DNA of 64,000 bases from Paraspadella gotoi (lineage: Eukaryota; Animalia; Chaetognatha). This document shows positions 38,687 to 51,428 of the stretch, piece after piece. The notes below the pieces were generated by a model. It was given only the letters and a program-made list of their open reading frames with translations, did no database searches and was not told where the DNA came from. Numbering within the stretch: position 1 is the stretch's first letter; each line of letters opens with the position of its first letter. The position numbers and the translations under genes were made by a program. The DNA lies in contig CM119264.1 in assembly GCA_051294375.1 (NCBI GenBank), positions 20,712,242-20,776,241 on the forward strand. The letters are read 5' to 3'.

Positions 38687-40129
38687 TCTCTTTGGTGTCT
38701 CTCTTTCTCTCTGGTGTCTCTCTTGCCCGTTTTGCCATTGGAACCAAATCGAATTACCGTCTCCGGGGAAATTGGTGGTGGGGGTGGTTTTGGTGGCAAA
38801 GGTGTAGGCGGTTGTGGTGGCGAACGCGACAGTAGTTTGAGTAGTGAAGTAAGTAGCAATGAGGAACCAATGGCGAAGTTGATGGTGTTTGTCAAGACGA
38901 TGGTGGAGAAGGCATGGCTGAGTGAAGAGAGAGTTGGGGATTTATTTCCTTTGACGTCCTGATTGCATTCTTGTCAAACGTCGAACTTTGCCAAAAATAT
39001 TTTTCGTCTTATTCCCTGTTTTTTGAATTCTCTTTGTTTATTCAGTATTTCAACAGATCGAAAATTAGACTTGCCAACTTTTTTTTACTTGGAATGAATT
39101 TAAGCTTAACGAAACTATTTGACAATGGGAGAATTTAAAAGTAGGATTATCCATAGCAATAGGTAGATAGAAATATTTTATTTCTGTAATCTTTTTTAAA
39201 GCAGACGTGAATTAGAGCGAAAAGTATATTGCCTAGTAGTTATATAAGTACGTTTTCTCGAACTTTTACTATTCTTATTTTAATTTATTTTTGTCATTCC
39301 TGCACTTGAGCGTGAAGCACACTTTGATTAGAATATATTTTTTATTGAATTATAATTTTAAAATTATGACAGTAATCCGTTTATTAAGCAATTTAAATTT
39401 GATATTTTTGAAGCAAAAATGAAGAAAAAAAAGTGTTTCGCGTCTTCTTTTGCATAAAGTTACTACAAAGCGTGAAGCGTCTGAACTTGGTTTGACTCGA
39501 CTGCGAGAAAGAATCCCGTCGCCCCCGACGCCCAAGTCTTTTCTCCGACCCGCGACCCGAAGACGTCAACGCCGAGTGGATGACAAGAAAGATTGGAGCC
39601 ATGCCCCGACATGCCATGCCCCAGCCTAAGCCATGCCCCAGGAAGGCGAGGAGACAGAGAAGGAGAATCTGTCGGCGGAAGGATGAATTCGCGATTGGAA
39701 CGATTCCAGGTTAATGAGAAGGGGGGTGGCGTGTATAGTTGGGATTAGGGAGGGTTGGGGGGGGGAGTGCACATTAAGGAGAGTGGAATAAGGAGCGAGG
39801 AAATGGAGCGGGAGGAAAGAGTGAAATAGAAAAAAAGAGCAGGTGGGAGGGAAAAGAAGCGAAAGGTTCCTGGTCGCAGGAGAGTGGAAAAGAGCAAGGA
39901 TCAAGCGGGAACGGAACCCGACGAAGGAGAAATGAGTGGAAACGAGCGAAAAAAAAAGCAAACAGGTGTTGAATCAAGCGGAAGGATCGCGCGCGGTTGG
40001 AATCCAGAGGAAAAAGGGAAGCGTGAGTGGAATGGAGAGAAGAAACTGGCGGAAATAGTGAGACGATTTATAAGATATTTTAATCTTCTATAATTGTATA
40101 AGATGTATGTCTAGTTTTATTTTAATCTA

Positions 40130-40987
40130 CATGGTGACAATTTTACAAGCGCCGGTAGAAAAACGCTGTCATTTGCAAACCCATGAAGATTTTTTCAATA
40201 TTGAATATAAATTTAAAAGTAAAAACCCAAATTATTTATATATGCAAATTTTATCAGAATCGACTTTGATATGCCTCAGCAATAATAGCAGGAAGATGGA
40301 TTTAAAAATCGTCTCTAATTTTTTAACTCACTTTTTTTATATTCAATTTTTTTCTCTTACTTTCAGTAAGCTTTCTGAAGAAATTTGAAATAAAATAATA
40401 TTAATATTATTATTTTCTGAAAGCCCTTTCAAATCTAAAGAGAATGACGTACTTACGAATACTCTAGTATAAAATTTAACTGGCCTAGCTTTAATTTAAT
40501 TAGGATACTAAAAAATAAGACATCTTTTTAAAAATCAATAGCTGGAGAGTAAATTTATGATTTTATCAAATTGTGATTGGCTATCTCAGGCTATCTCAGG
40601 CTCTTTCATGATACTTATATAAATAACAATATTTTATGTTATAATAATTTAAACCGGGCATATATTTTGAAAAAAGATTTAAAATTTTAAATAATTCACT
40701 TTTGATACTTTTAATTGAACCAAGGCTGGGCAGCTTACTTTTTATGTTAAGTTTTTATAAGTATATCATTCTCTTCATATTTTTAAGGGGTATCTGAGGA
40801 TATAAATATTGTTAATATTTTAATACTCCACTCATTGTCATGGCATATCTTAACAGATCAATATAAAATTTTAACACATAAATAGTTTTAGTATTTTACA
40901 CTCAACTAATATTTAAAATCAATGAAATAACCACTGGTTTGCAAATGACAGCATATTTCTACCGGGGCTTGTAAAATTGTCACCATG
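40130..40987. mobile_element. TA-flanked MITE with ~50-bp TIRs (Tc1/mariner-like)
   Basis: TA|CATGGTGACAATTTTACAAGC...CCGGTAGAAA...GCTGTCATTTGCAAACC, mirrored at ~40936-40987|TA. Confidence 0.85.
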
Positions 40988-41442
40988 TAAATTTGAAAAT
41001 ATTGAACGGTGCTTGAGCTTGGGAAAAGTTATTGTTTGTTTTAAGTTACTATATATCACGGAATGTTTAAACCAATATAAAAGGTGATAGACAGACGCGG
41101 GTCAATTACCCCTCTCCTTCTAATTCACCTCCTCTTCTTCCTCCTCCAAGGGATTCGGGGCCGCGTTCACGAGGTTCAGTTCACCTTCTTTATCTTCTCC
41201 TTCTAGTTTTTCCCCTTTTTTACCCTCATGATTTTGTCGCCGTATAGATTTTCCTGATGTCAATATGACGCAGAGACAGATCACGCTTAATTTCATGTAC
41301 ACGAAAAAAAAATATCGGTCATTGAATTTACTTTGTCTGACCATTTGTACTAACAAGCCATCCCTTCCTGACAGTTTTGCTGGACAAATACATGCAAAAT
41401 ATGATTCGGCCCAGAATTATACAGTAAAATACAGTGTAAAAG

Positions 41443-41475
41443 TTAGAGAATTGACAAAGTTGAAATTTGTGCATA

Positions 41476-41566
<91 letters not shown>

Positions 41567-41674
41567 ATAGGGTAAAAGTTTTCCAACAAAGTGGTGAGAC
41601 AGAATAGTGGTCAGATAAGAGGACAGGTCAAGGTGAGGACAGATTGAATAAGTTGTGAAAAAGAAGTGAAACTT

Positions 41675-41706
<32 letters not shown>

Positions 41707-42059
41707 CAGGGATAAATAAATAATAAATGATACATTATGTAAAGTACAACAAAGATAAATGCTTTGAAACTAAAATTAGTGAAATTTAACTATTGTCTAA
41801 TGGATAAATAGTTAACTAAGGGATAGAAAGTGAAAAATGAAATGAAATTTGTGAAAAATGAAATATGAGAATTTTTAAGTGTTAAGTAAATGATTAAAAT
41901 GAAATTTAAGGAGTAAGAAAGAGCTCAAAATGAGCTGGCCCCCCTTGGTTTATGCAAATAAAGGGCATGGACGATTGTTAAATTTCACTAATTTTAGTTT
42001 CAAAGCATTTATCTTTGTTGTACATTGCACAATGTATCATTTATTATTTATTTATCCCT

Positions 42060-42109
<50 letters not shown>

Positions 42110-42216
42110 AGTTTCACTTCTTTTTCACAACTTATTCAATCTGTCCTCGCCTTGACCTGTCCTCTCATCTGACCACTATTCTGTCTCACCACTTTGTTGG
42201 AAAACTTTTACCCTAT

Positions 42217-42249
<33 letters not shown>

Positions 42250-42385
42250 TCTCTCTCTCTTCTTATGCACAAATTTCAAACCAATCTGTCAAAACGCTGA
42301 TGAAGGCTTGTAAAACAAGTCGAAACATGTCTGTTCAACTATAAATAAAATTCGTTGGAAACAAAAACTTTGTCAATTCTCTAAT
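41443..42385. mobile_element. Inverted pair of Penelope-like pseudo-LTR repeats
   Basis: Arms 41443-41790 and 41977-42385 are near-identical reverse complements around a ~186-bp spacer; only the plus arm has the hammerhead. Confidence 0.8.
42293..42335 (+). ncRNA. Minimal type I hammerhead ribozyme (best-formed copy); predicted cleavage after C42331
   Basis: AACG CTGATGA A GGCTTG TAAAA CAAGTC GAAAC AT GTC TGTT: full core, 6-bp stem II, 4-bp stem I, palindromic ACATGT stem III, GUC triplet. Confidence 0.85.
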
Positions 42386-45167
42386 TAATAGTAACAACGA
42401 AAAAGAAAGATTACTTCAATAAGTGTAAAAGTTGAAATTTGGACTAAATACTTTGTTTCTCTGAATTCTTAAACCATAAGCCATAAATAAGTAAGACGAT
42501 GGGTACAACTGAAAGTGATATGTCTCTAGATGTAAAAATTTTTTCTTTAGTTTTTATTTTGAAATTTAGGTATTATACAAAAAGAATAAATTGAGATAAT
42601 CACGCTTTGCCAAAATTTTTATTTAACAAAGATTTGTACTGTGTAGTTCAAATCCTTAGTTCTCCGATGATAAAAAAAGTTATTTGTTTGCATAACTTTT
42701 GAAAGAAAAGAGATAGGATGGTCGGCAAGGTATCAAATTAAAGCCCTAATCATGGGACACGTTTCTGAAATAGTTTCTATAAATTTTATTTAAAAATGTT
42801 AAGACAGGATTTGTTTAAAACCTAGTTAAAAGTATAACAGTATTCAGAATTGAAAATTTTAATGAAGGTATATGAATTTTTTTGTTTTTCTTTCGGATTT
42901 AGAAAAAGGAAAGACTGAATTACATTTTGATTACCAATATAGCTTTTTTACTCCATAAATTTGCATGTATTTTTAGTTAAAGTAAAAAACAAGCAAAAAT
43001 ACATATAGTAACATGATAAAATATTATTTTAAATATGTAAAATTATAAATTATAAGTTATTTTCAGTTTAATATAAACAGTTTGGATGTCTACCTTTTTG
43101 TCTTTGAAAAAAAAATAATCATTTTTCATTATGTTTAACTGAAACAAAAAGCTTGACCCACTGCTTGTTTATCATATTACAATTTTAAATAGATACAAAT
43201 ACAAACATATATTTTTTAAATTTTATTTTATTTTAAGCTTTTATCATTTTTTTATATAAAACATCTAATATTCTCAATTTGAGTAAAGCTTTACTTCTTT
43301 AAAGAGTTGGAAAAAAATATTTGACATGACCAATGGTCATTCAGAATTTTAGTTTTTCATAAAAAATAAAGATATCAAAAAACGAAAAACATCTGTTCCA
43401 AAATCGAATGCATTGAAACTGATATTTTTCAAAATACAAAATTTTGGTTCATAGTCTAGATCTAAAATTCTGAACACAAAAATGTTTTTTTTTTTTCGAA
43501 AATTGAATTATTCTATCTTCTTCAATAATTAAAAATTAATTAAGCATATTATTCTTGCATATTAAGCAGCCAAATCTATATATTTGTAAAACATTGCTCT
43601 TTTGAAAAATCTTTTTGAAAATCTTTGCTGTTGATGATGATTGTCTATTACAATGAACAAGTTCAAATATAGATAAAAAAAATTATTTTGTAATTCTAGT
43701 ATCATAATTCATTTGCATATTTTGTACTATTCCCAGATAAAAAAATATTTACTAATGGGTCTGAAATATTGCTCTTTTTCTGCAGATAATGAATATTTAT
43801 TGTTAATGCTCATTATGTATATTCGTCTGGTAACCAAGGCTCTTAACATAATGCTACTACAATTTTTTGTAAGACTTTTTGTCAGATTTCTTTTTTTCCT
43901 GACCCTATTGCCCTTCTTGTGGGCGGTTCACACTCATGGAGATAGTACCTTAGGTCTCCGAGTACCGAACAACAACTATAGCTAAAAGATTATGAATCAA
44001 ATATGGGGACGAGTGAAGTAAAAATGATCATAAGTAGGGTGGAAAGCAAATTAAGCATGATCTGTCTCTGCGTCATATATTGTTTTCCCACATTCTCGTG
44101 ACTTTACTTCCGGTTAGGATAACTTTTCAGAGCAAACATAAAATTGTAAGTTGATTGAAATTCAAATTTATTTTCTCTTATACTCGTTTGAGATTCAAAT
44201 ACAATAACAAAATTAAAAAACCAGTCAAAGTCAAAGTAAAACCACAGAACACAAGATATAAACGCTCAAAATATTCTATGAAACATGTTTAGTACGAAGT
44301 AAAAAAAATACAGAAATAAAAAAAAATTATAAATAAAAAACTGGAGAAGGCGAAAATCGTGTGAGGGATTTAACAGAATAAGCTCTTTGAGGTTACAAGA
44401 AAGATTATCCCAGGGTTTGTCATTTGGAATGTGAATCAAAGCTGAAAGAAGGAAAATTAAGGAAATGGGATTAAGAAAAGAAGGACAAGGATGGCAAGAG
44501 ATGAAGAAATATTTATAAGAAAAATTCAAAGAAAGAAAATTAAACCACTTAAAATAAAAGCAAGCAAAATGAAACAGTCAAGCAAGAGAACAGAAAGTCA
44601 AAACAATTCGAGAAAAAGAAAGAAAATGAAGAAAAACTACATGAACAAAAAAAACGGAGCAGCGAAATAAATAACTAGAAAAAAAACTCGCAGAGACACG
44701 CAGAGAGCGTGAGGAAAGAAATGGAGAGAGAGAGAGAGAGAGAATGAGAGAGAGAGAGAGAGAAGATGAGAGAGAAGAGACGAGCAAAACGGAAAAGAGA
44801 TACCTTGAGGGAAATGAAACACTTGGAAAGGGTTTGCCAGTGACAGGTTTGATTGCCGACGTTCGACCGGGGAGAGAAAAAACTTATTTCGCTTCCTCCC
44901 TTTCTTCTCTTACTCTCTTTTCCTCTCTTCTCTCGCTTCTCTTTGCTCCTTCCTCGGCGAAGGCGTGAGGAATGTTTTTTCTCGCTTTTTTCCAGAGGTG
45001 GTAAGTCGCGAGGAGGGAGATTCAAACTGCTGAGGGAGGGAAATGACCCTCGATGCCCAAGGGATCAGCGTTGGCGCCCCGCTTCTCCGTTGCAGGCATC
45101 CGCCACCCAGAGGTCGATGAAGGCGCCCCTTTCGAAGTCCGTAACGGTCGAACTGGACTCAAAGATC

Positions 45168-45217
<50 letters not shown>

Positions 45218-45728
45218 GTCAAGCCATAATTTCTCTTCGATGAGAGATTGGAGCGAATTTCTCATTCGCGATGATAGCAACGAATAGACTTCACTCGTCG
45301 TCACCTTCTCTCATTTATTTCGGAAATGTTGGTCTTTTTCCGCCCACCTTTTCCTCTCTCTTTGTTATTCGACGTGATTTCCCGAATTTCCCCGACTACT
45401 CGTTTTTGTTCGCAGTGAAACCTGCACTCTATGGTTCACCACCACATGCAAGTGCTCTGCCATGTCTCTGTTACCTCAGGATTTCTTTGGCGATAGACTT
45501 TTGAAGAATCAACTTTTGTAGGGAATCCCTTTTAAATTGACTTCTCTGACCCTAACGAATTTTTTGCTTTAAACGACGCAACCAAATCCAAAGACTGAAA
45601 AGACACCAATGACAAAACAGATGCAAACGAGTTAAGTGACGCAAATGACGATAGTAACGTAAAGTTCCAGCTTTCCATTGATTGGATAGTTCAACCTCTG
45701 GTTTCGACTTTGGATCGATTGAGCGGAA

Positions 45729-45764
<36 letters not shown>

Positions 45765-46002
45765 TTCTGTCTCACCCTTTCCTTAGACTCCCACCTATCT
45801 TCCTTCCCTTAATGCTTCGAACATCATTTGCTTTTTCCTTCGCGAGGCTTTCCCCTCCTTTTGCCTGCCATTTTTTTTTGCGCCTCTTTTTTAAGCTTCA
45901 GTGACTAATTTCTCTCGGGTGTCTGGCCGAGCATCTGTTTCGGGTTATCACATTCTGCAAATGGTCGTCCTTCCTCCCGTTTCCACGCAGCTTATTTTCC
46001 TT

Positions 46003-46039
<37 letters not shown>

Positions 46040-46308
46040 GCACAAATTTGTTGAATCTTGCATATTCACGTTCATAACTCTCATCACGCGCCTTTTTTTT
46101 CCTCCACAAGAGAAGGTTTAATATTCATAGCGTGGCGCTTCTCCAGTTTTTGATCATTGTTCAGGACTCGAGTTCATTTATCACTTTTCGCTTTGCCTTT
46201 GGTTTCTCGGCCTACGTGCAACGTTTGGATTTCAAATCTGTCTCATCTTCGCCGAATTAATAATCATTGAACAAGTTTGAGTAAACAATGTCGAATCTGC
46301 CCAAGATA

Positions 46309-46379
46309 ATTAAGCGGTAATCAGCTATATATATAATTATATATATATAGCTGATTACCGCTTAATATATATATATATA

Positions 46380-46418
<39 letters not shown>

Positions 46419-47620
46419 ATACTATAGTAGAAGTAATTACAAATAAAGTACAAATAATTTTTTTAACTATTAATATTTTTTGCCACTTGCATCATTTTTT
46501 TTACTCACATCATTTTTAGAAACTTGCATCAATTTTTCAACTTGCATCATTTTTTCAACTGGCATCATTTTTTCAACTAGCAACATTCTTTCAACTTGCA
46601 TAATTTTTTCAACTTGCATCATTTTTCAACTCACATCATTTTTTTAACTCACATCCTTTTTTTAACTTGCATCATTTTTTTCAACTTGCATCATTTTTTC
46701 AACTTGCATTATTCTTTCAACTTGCATCATTTTTTCAACTTGCATCATTCTTTCAACTTGCAACATTCTTTCAACTTGCATCTTTCTTTCAGCTTGCAAC
46801 AATCTTTCAATTTGCATCATTTTTTAATATGCATAATTTTTTTAACTAACATCATTTTTTCACTTAAATAATTAGTTAATTAATTAAATCATTAATTAAT
46901 TAATTACAAAATTCATGAGTAAGCATAAATGATAAAAATTATAGTTGACTTGACTTTGGTTTTTTTCCATGCAAACTCATTTCCACTCCTCGATTCCGAC
47001 GAAACTTTATATCCTGCTCAATCACACACTTTCTTATCCACACACAAAATTTTATCTCCTTCTCTCCATCCAATTACGAATAAATCGATTAATTATGGAT
47101 TAAACTTATTACAAAGATTCAAATAAAAGTGATTTATGTTTTTTTTCCATTTTAACTCATTTCCACTTCCACGATTCTATCTAAACTTTATATCCAGCTT
47201 CATCACACACTTTCCTACCCACACACAAAATTTAATCTCAATCTATTTATCCAATTAGAGTAATTATGGGTTAAAATTAGTAAAAAGATTTAAGTTAAGG
47301 TAATCTTATGTTTTTTCCATTTAAACTCATTTCCACTCACATGGTTCCATCGAATCTTTATAGCCGGCTCAATCACACACTTTCCTACCCACACACAAAA
47401 TTTCATTCCAATCCAACCATCCAATCACGAGTAATTGGAGTTTTTTGCTAAGGGGGGACGGACAGACGGACGGACGGACAGAGACAGACAGACAGACAGA
47501 CAGACGGACGGATATCTTTTTTTTGCTTAATTTAGCATAATTTGATGTTCTGATGTGATAAAAATGATTTACCGACAACGTTTCCGACATTTTTCTCGTT
47601 TTCAACCGCTTATAGCATTG
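46309..47620 (-). mobile_element. HINE/DINE-1-like (Helentron-associated) element
   Basis: (GACR)n tract at 47456-47510; three ~170-180-bp core repeats at 46960-47445 homologous to 63445-64000; minisatellite at 46485-46860; palindrome at 46309-46366. Boundaries approximate. Confidence 0.7.
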
Positions 47621-48659
47621 TTTAAGAGTTTATAATGATTTTTATCTGAATTGAACCCTGACCTTTTATTTTTAATGGCTCAAATATCTGAATTTAAAGT
47701 TTAATTGAATGACAATAATAGTTCTGTTTAAAGCCTCTAATTAGTTGAATTTTATACATTGAATTTGAATATCTGGTCTCTCATTGGTTATTAATAACTA
47801 GTAGATGTTTTGATTTGTATTCTTAAAATGTGAACTCTCCTCTCATTGGTTGTTATAATTTTGTCCTTGTATATAAAAGGAGAGTGTTAAATAGTTTATA
47901 AATAATTAATTAATTTTCGAAATTAATATTTGGTTTTATATGGAATACCAATAACGTTACTAGCTTAAATTCTCAAACTCGTCCTCTATTCTATGATTTC
48001 ATTGGTTATTATTTAGTTCTTAATTCTGATTGGACGAGACCTTTCTGATCCAATTATTGGTAGTATTCTTTAAAGTCGAAAGTCGTTTTTAATTGGTCTA
48101 TTTGAGTTTGAAGAAGTATAAAAGGGCAAGAAAATGTTAAACTTTTAGGAGATTGCCCAGGAAACATTAGGTAACATGATGAAATATTTGTAACTTTTTG
48201 AAATGAATACTAATCATTGAAATTATTATTTTGTACAGCTTTGAGCTCTCTCTCTGGCTCTATCTATAGCTCGCTCTCTCTCTCAATAGCTCACTCTTGT
48301 TGCTCTGCTCTGATTATTTTATTAAAATCTCGTGATTTGGATTGATTCTTATTTTTGAGAGTGAAATGGCTTCGCCCAGTGAAATCTACAAGGTACAAAT
48401 TAGGTTAGAGCTAAGTGCTCAAACAATGTTTTTTAATACAATCTCCCACAGAGAGTAAATTCTTAATTTTTAGGAGATTCCTCTGAGACCATCAGGTATT
48501 AAATGATATTTGTGAAATTACTTGAATATGTTAATTAATTTTAAGTTTTGATGTATCTTTGAGCTGTTACTGCGTCTCGGCTCTGTTGCTGCTATTGCTG
48601 CAACTTTTCTCTACTGCTGCTGCTGCATCTTGGCTCTGTTGCTTATCTGTCATGCTGAT

Positions 48660-49264
48660 TAAGGCGGAGTAAAATTTCTAAATTTAACTTTAAATTAAAA
48701 TTCTAAAAGTGAGGAACGAACAACATTATACTAATGAACATTTATGTAATAAAAGATTTAAAATAAATTTTACAATTTACGCAGTAGGCCATATTTATAC
48801 TAGTACTAAACCAATAAATGTTAAAATTTCAAAACAGTTTTTTCTAAGATTTTTTGCAGATTTAGATTCCTCATAAAAAGTTGATAAAAAGAAATATAAC
48901 TCTTTTTGAAAAATTCCTTCATTAAGTAGGTCAAAAATTAGAAAAGCTATATTTAAGCTGAAAATTAATTTTTATATATTAAATATAGTTTTTTTAAATT
49001 TTAACCCACTTAATGAAAGAATTTTTAAAAATGATTTATATTTCTTTTATCAACTTTTGACGAGAATTCAAATCTGCAATCAAAATTAAAGAAAAGCCTA
49101 TTTTGAAATTTTTCAATTTTATAAGGATAGTACTATATATAAATATAGCCTACTGCGAAAATTAAAAAACAAAAAATTTTTTTTTACAAATTAATGTTCA
49201 TTGATGGTATGTTGTTCATAATTGACTTTTAGAATTTTTCGTATGTAACTTTCACTACGCCTTA
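48660..49264. mobile_element. hAT-type MITE family A, copy 2
   Basis: TIRs; perfect TSD ATGCTGAT. Confidence 0.92.
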
Positions 49265-50813
49265 ATGCTGATGCACCTCTCTCAATGATTATTGGATATT
49301 GAATACTTAATTAAGTTCTTATTCTATTTTTATCTTTTGATATATGGATTGAGTTAATATTAAGCACTGCTCAAACAATGTTCTCATCTGAAACTGAGAA
49401 ACCCCCAAGGAATCTTCTTCAAGCATTGTCGTGTTGAAACATATTTGAATAAACATGTTTTCACTTAATTTGCAGATTTACCATGCTTTTGTCATAGCAT
49501 TTTCGGAAACTTTTTGGTTACGATTTGTTCCATGTTTTATATTAATTATATTATTGGATTTTTCTTTCAATGCGCGCTTAATAAATTCTTTTAAAAATGG
49601 CTCTGTATTACTTTTTCTACTTTGTTCTACCCTGTATCTCTTTTCCACTCTTCCACCCCATATCATCGCTCTGTTTTCCATTTCCTATTTCTTCCCATTA
49701 CTGCGTCCCTTTTTCCACTGCCCCGTCCCATTTCATCATTTTTTTCCCCATCGCCTCGTTTTGTCTCCCATAACCGGCTCCAGTTCCGAGTCTCAAACGA
49801 GTTCCTCCAAACACCTGGATCCCATTTCCTGGGTCGCTTTCTCTTCATCTCGTTCTTCTTTCTGGCTGATTGCTGGATTTTCTTTTGATGGATGAGTCGT
49901 TCTCCTCCTCTCTTTCTTTTTCCTCGACGTTCTTCTTCCTCCTCCACCTTCCCCTCCTCATCTTCGTCATTGTCCTCAGGTGTTCATTTGTTTTTCCTAG
50001 GCCCTCGTTTTCTTTTTCCCATTGCATCTCTGGATCTCTACTCGTCGGCCGATATCGCGTTTGATTCGTCTTTACTATACCAGCCATTCGCCCACTTTGT
50101 CTTCCCCTTTTTGCCCACCCTTGCTCCCACCAAGAGCCACACCTTCTCCCCACAGTTGCGCCCTCTACTTCGAGCGCAATTCATCTTTCTCGCCGGAATT
50201 GATTTTTTTTCTCTTCTTTTATTTTAAACCAGACTTTAATGAGGAAGGAAGGTATTTAAAAAATTATTTGCTCTTTTGCCTAGGTTCTCTTTCTCTCTCC
50301 CTCCCTCCCTCCTCTTCTTCACTTTCTAATTCTATGAATCTTTTATTTTCTCTTGCTTTCATTTTTTCTCTTTTCTCAACTCTCATCAACTCTCGGCCCA
50401 TATCTACTCATCCATTTTCTCCTCTCTTCCTTTCCTTCTTTTCCCAATCTCCCCTCCCTACTTTCCTCCATTATCTCTTCCCTTTCTCCCTCTCATTTGA
50501 GACGACGTAAAGTCGCAACGCGCCGTCGGAATCGATATAATCTTTGAGTGCGTATCGCGTTTCCAACGAGTTCGTCTGTGTATTTGTTTATCTCGTAGAG
50601 AAACGAAGGCGCCTCTGGTCGCACGGCCGACGACGACGACAACGATCAGGGCGGACGTGTCTACGTCGGAGGCGGCGGATGTTGCGGTGACTGAGGCGGC
50701 AGCGGCGGCAACGGCGGCGGAGAAAGAGGTCGCGTATTGTTTATAGGGAAAGACGTTGCTACGTAGATAACCTGTTTGGCGTCATTGTCGTCACACATGG
50801 TTCGACTATCGGC

Positions 50814-51428
50814 TAAGGCGTAGTAAAATTTCTAAATTTAACTTTAATTAAAATTCTAAAAGTGAGGAACGAACAACATTATATTAATGAACATTTATGT
50901 AATATAAAAATTTATAATAAATTTTACAATTTACGCAGTAGGCCATATTTATACTAATACTAAATCAATAAATGTTAAAATTTCAAAACAGTTTTTTCAA
51001 AGATTTTTTGGCAGATTTGGATTCGTCATAAAAAGTTGATAAAAAGAAATATAACTCTTTTTGAAAAATTCCTTCATTAAGTGGGTCAAAAATTAAAAAA
51101 AGCTATATTTTGAACTGAAAATTAACTTTTTATATATATTAAATATAGTTTTTTTAATTTTTAACCCACTTAATGAAAGAATTTTTAAAAATGATTCATA
51201 ATTTCTTTTATCAACTTTTGACGAAGAATTCAAATCTGCAATCAAAATTAATATAAGCTTATTTTGAAATTTTTTGATTTTATAAGGATAGTACTATATA
51301 TAAATACAGCCTACTGCAAAAATTAAAAAAACATATAATTAATTTTTTTTACAAATTAATGTTCACTGATGGTATGTTGTTCATAATTGACTTTTAGAAT
51401 TTTCGTATGTAACTTTCACTACGCCTTA
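50814..51428. mobile_element. hAT-type MITE family A, copy 3
   Basis: TIRs; perfect TSD CTATCGGC. Confidence 0.92.

Larger units (their letters stand above)
41261..44082. mobile_element. ~2.8-kb TIR element, superfamily unresolved
   Basis: TIR CAATATGACGCAGAGACAGATCA(C/T)GCTTAATTT at both ends; interrupts the repeat seen intact at 36372-36590; TSD unclear. Confidence 0.75.

Noticed and set aside
41800-41976. Spacer of the inverted repeat as the end of a GIY-YIG ORF
   Set aside because: Stops in the candidate frames and no convincing motif
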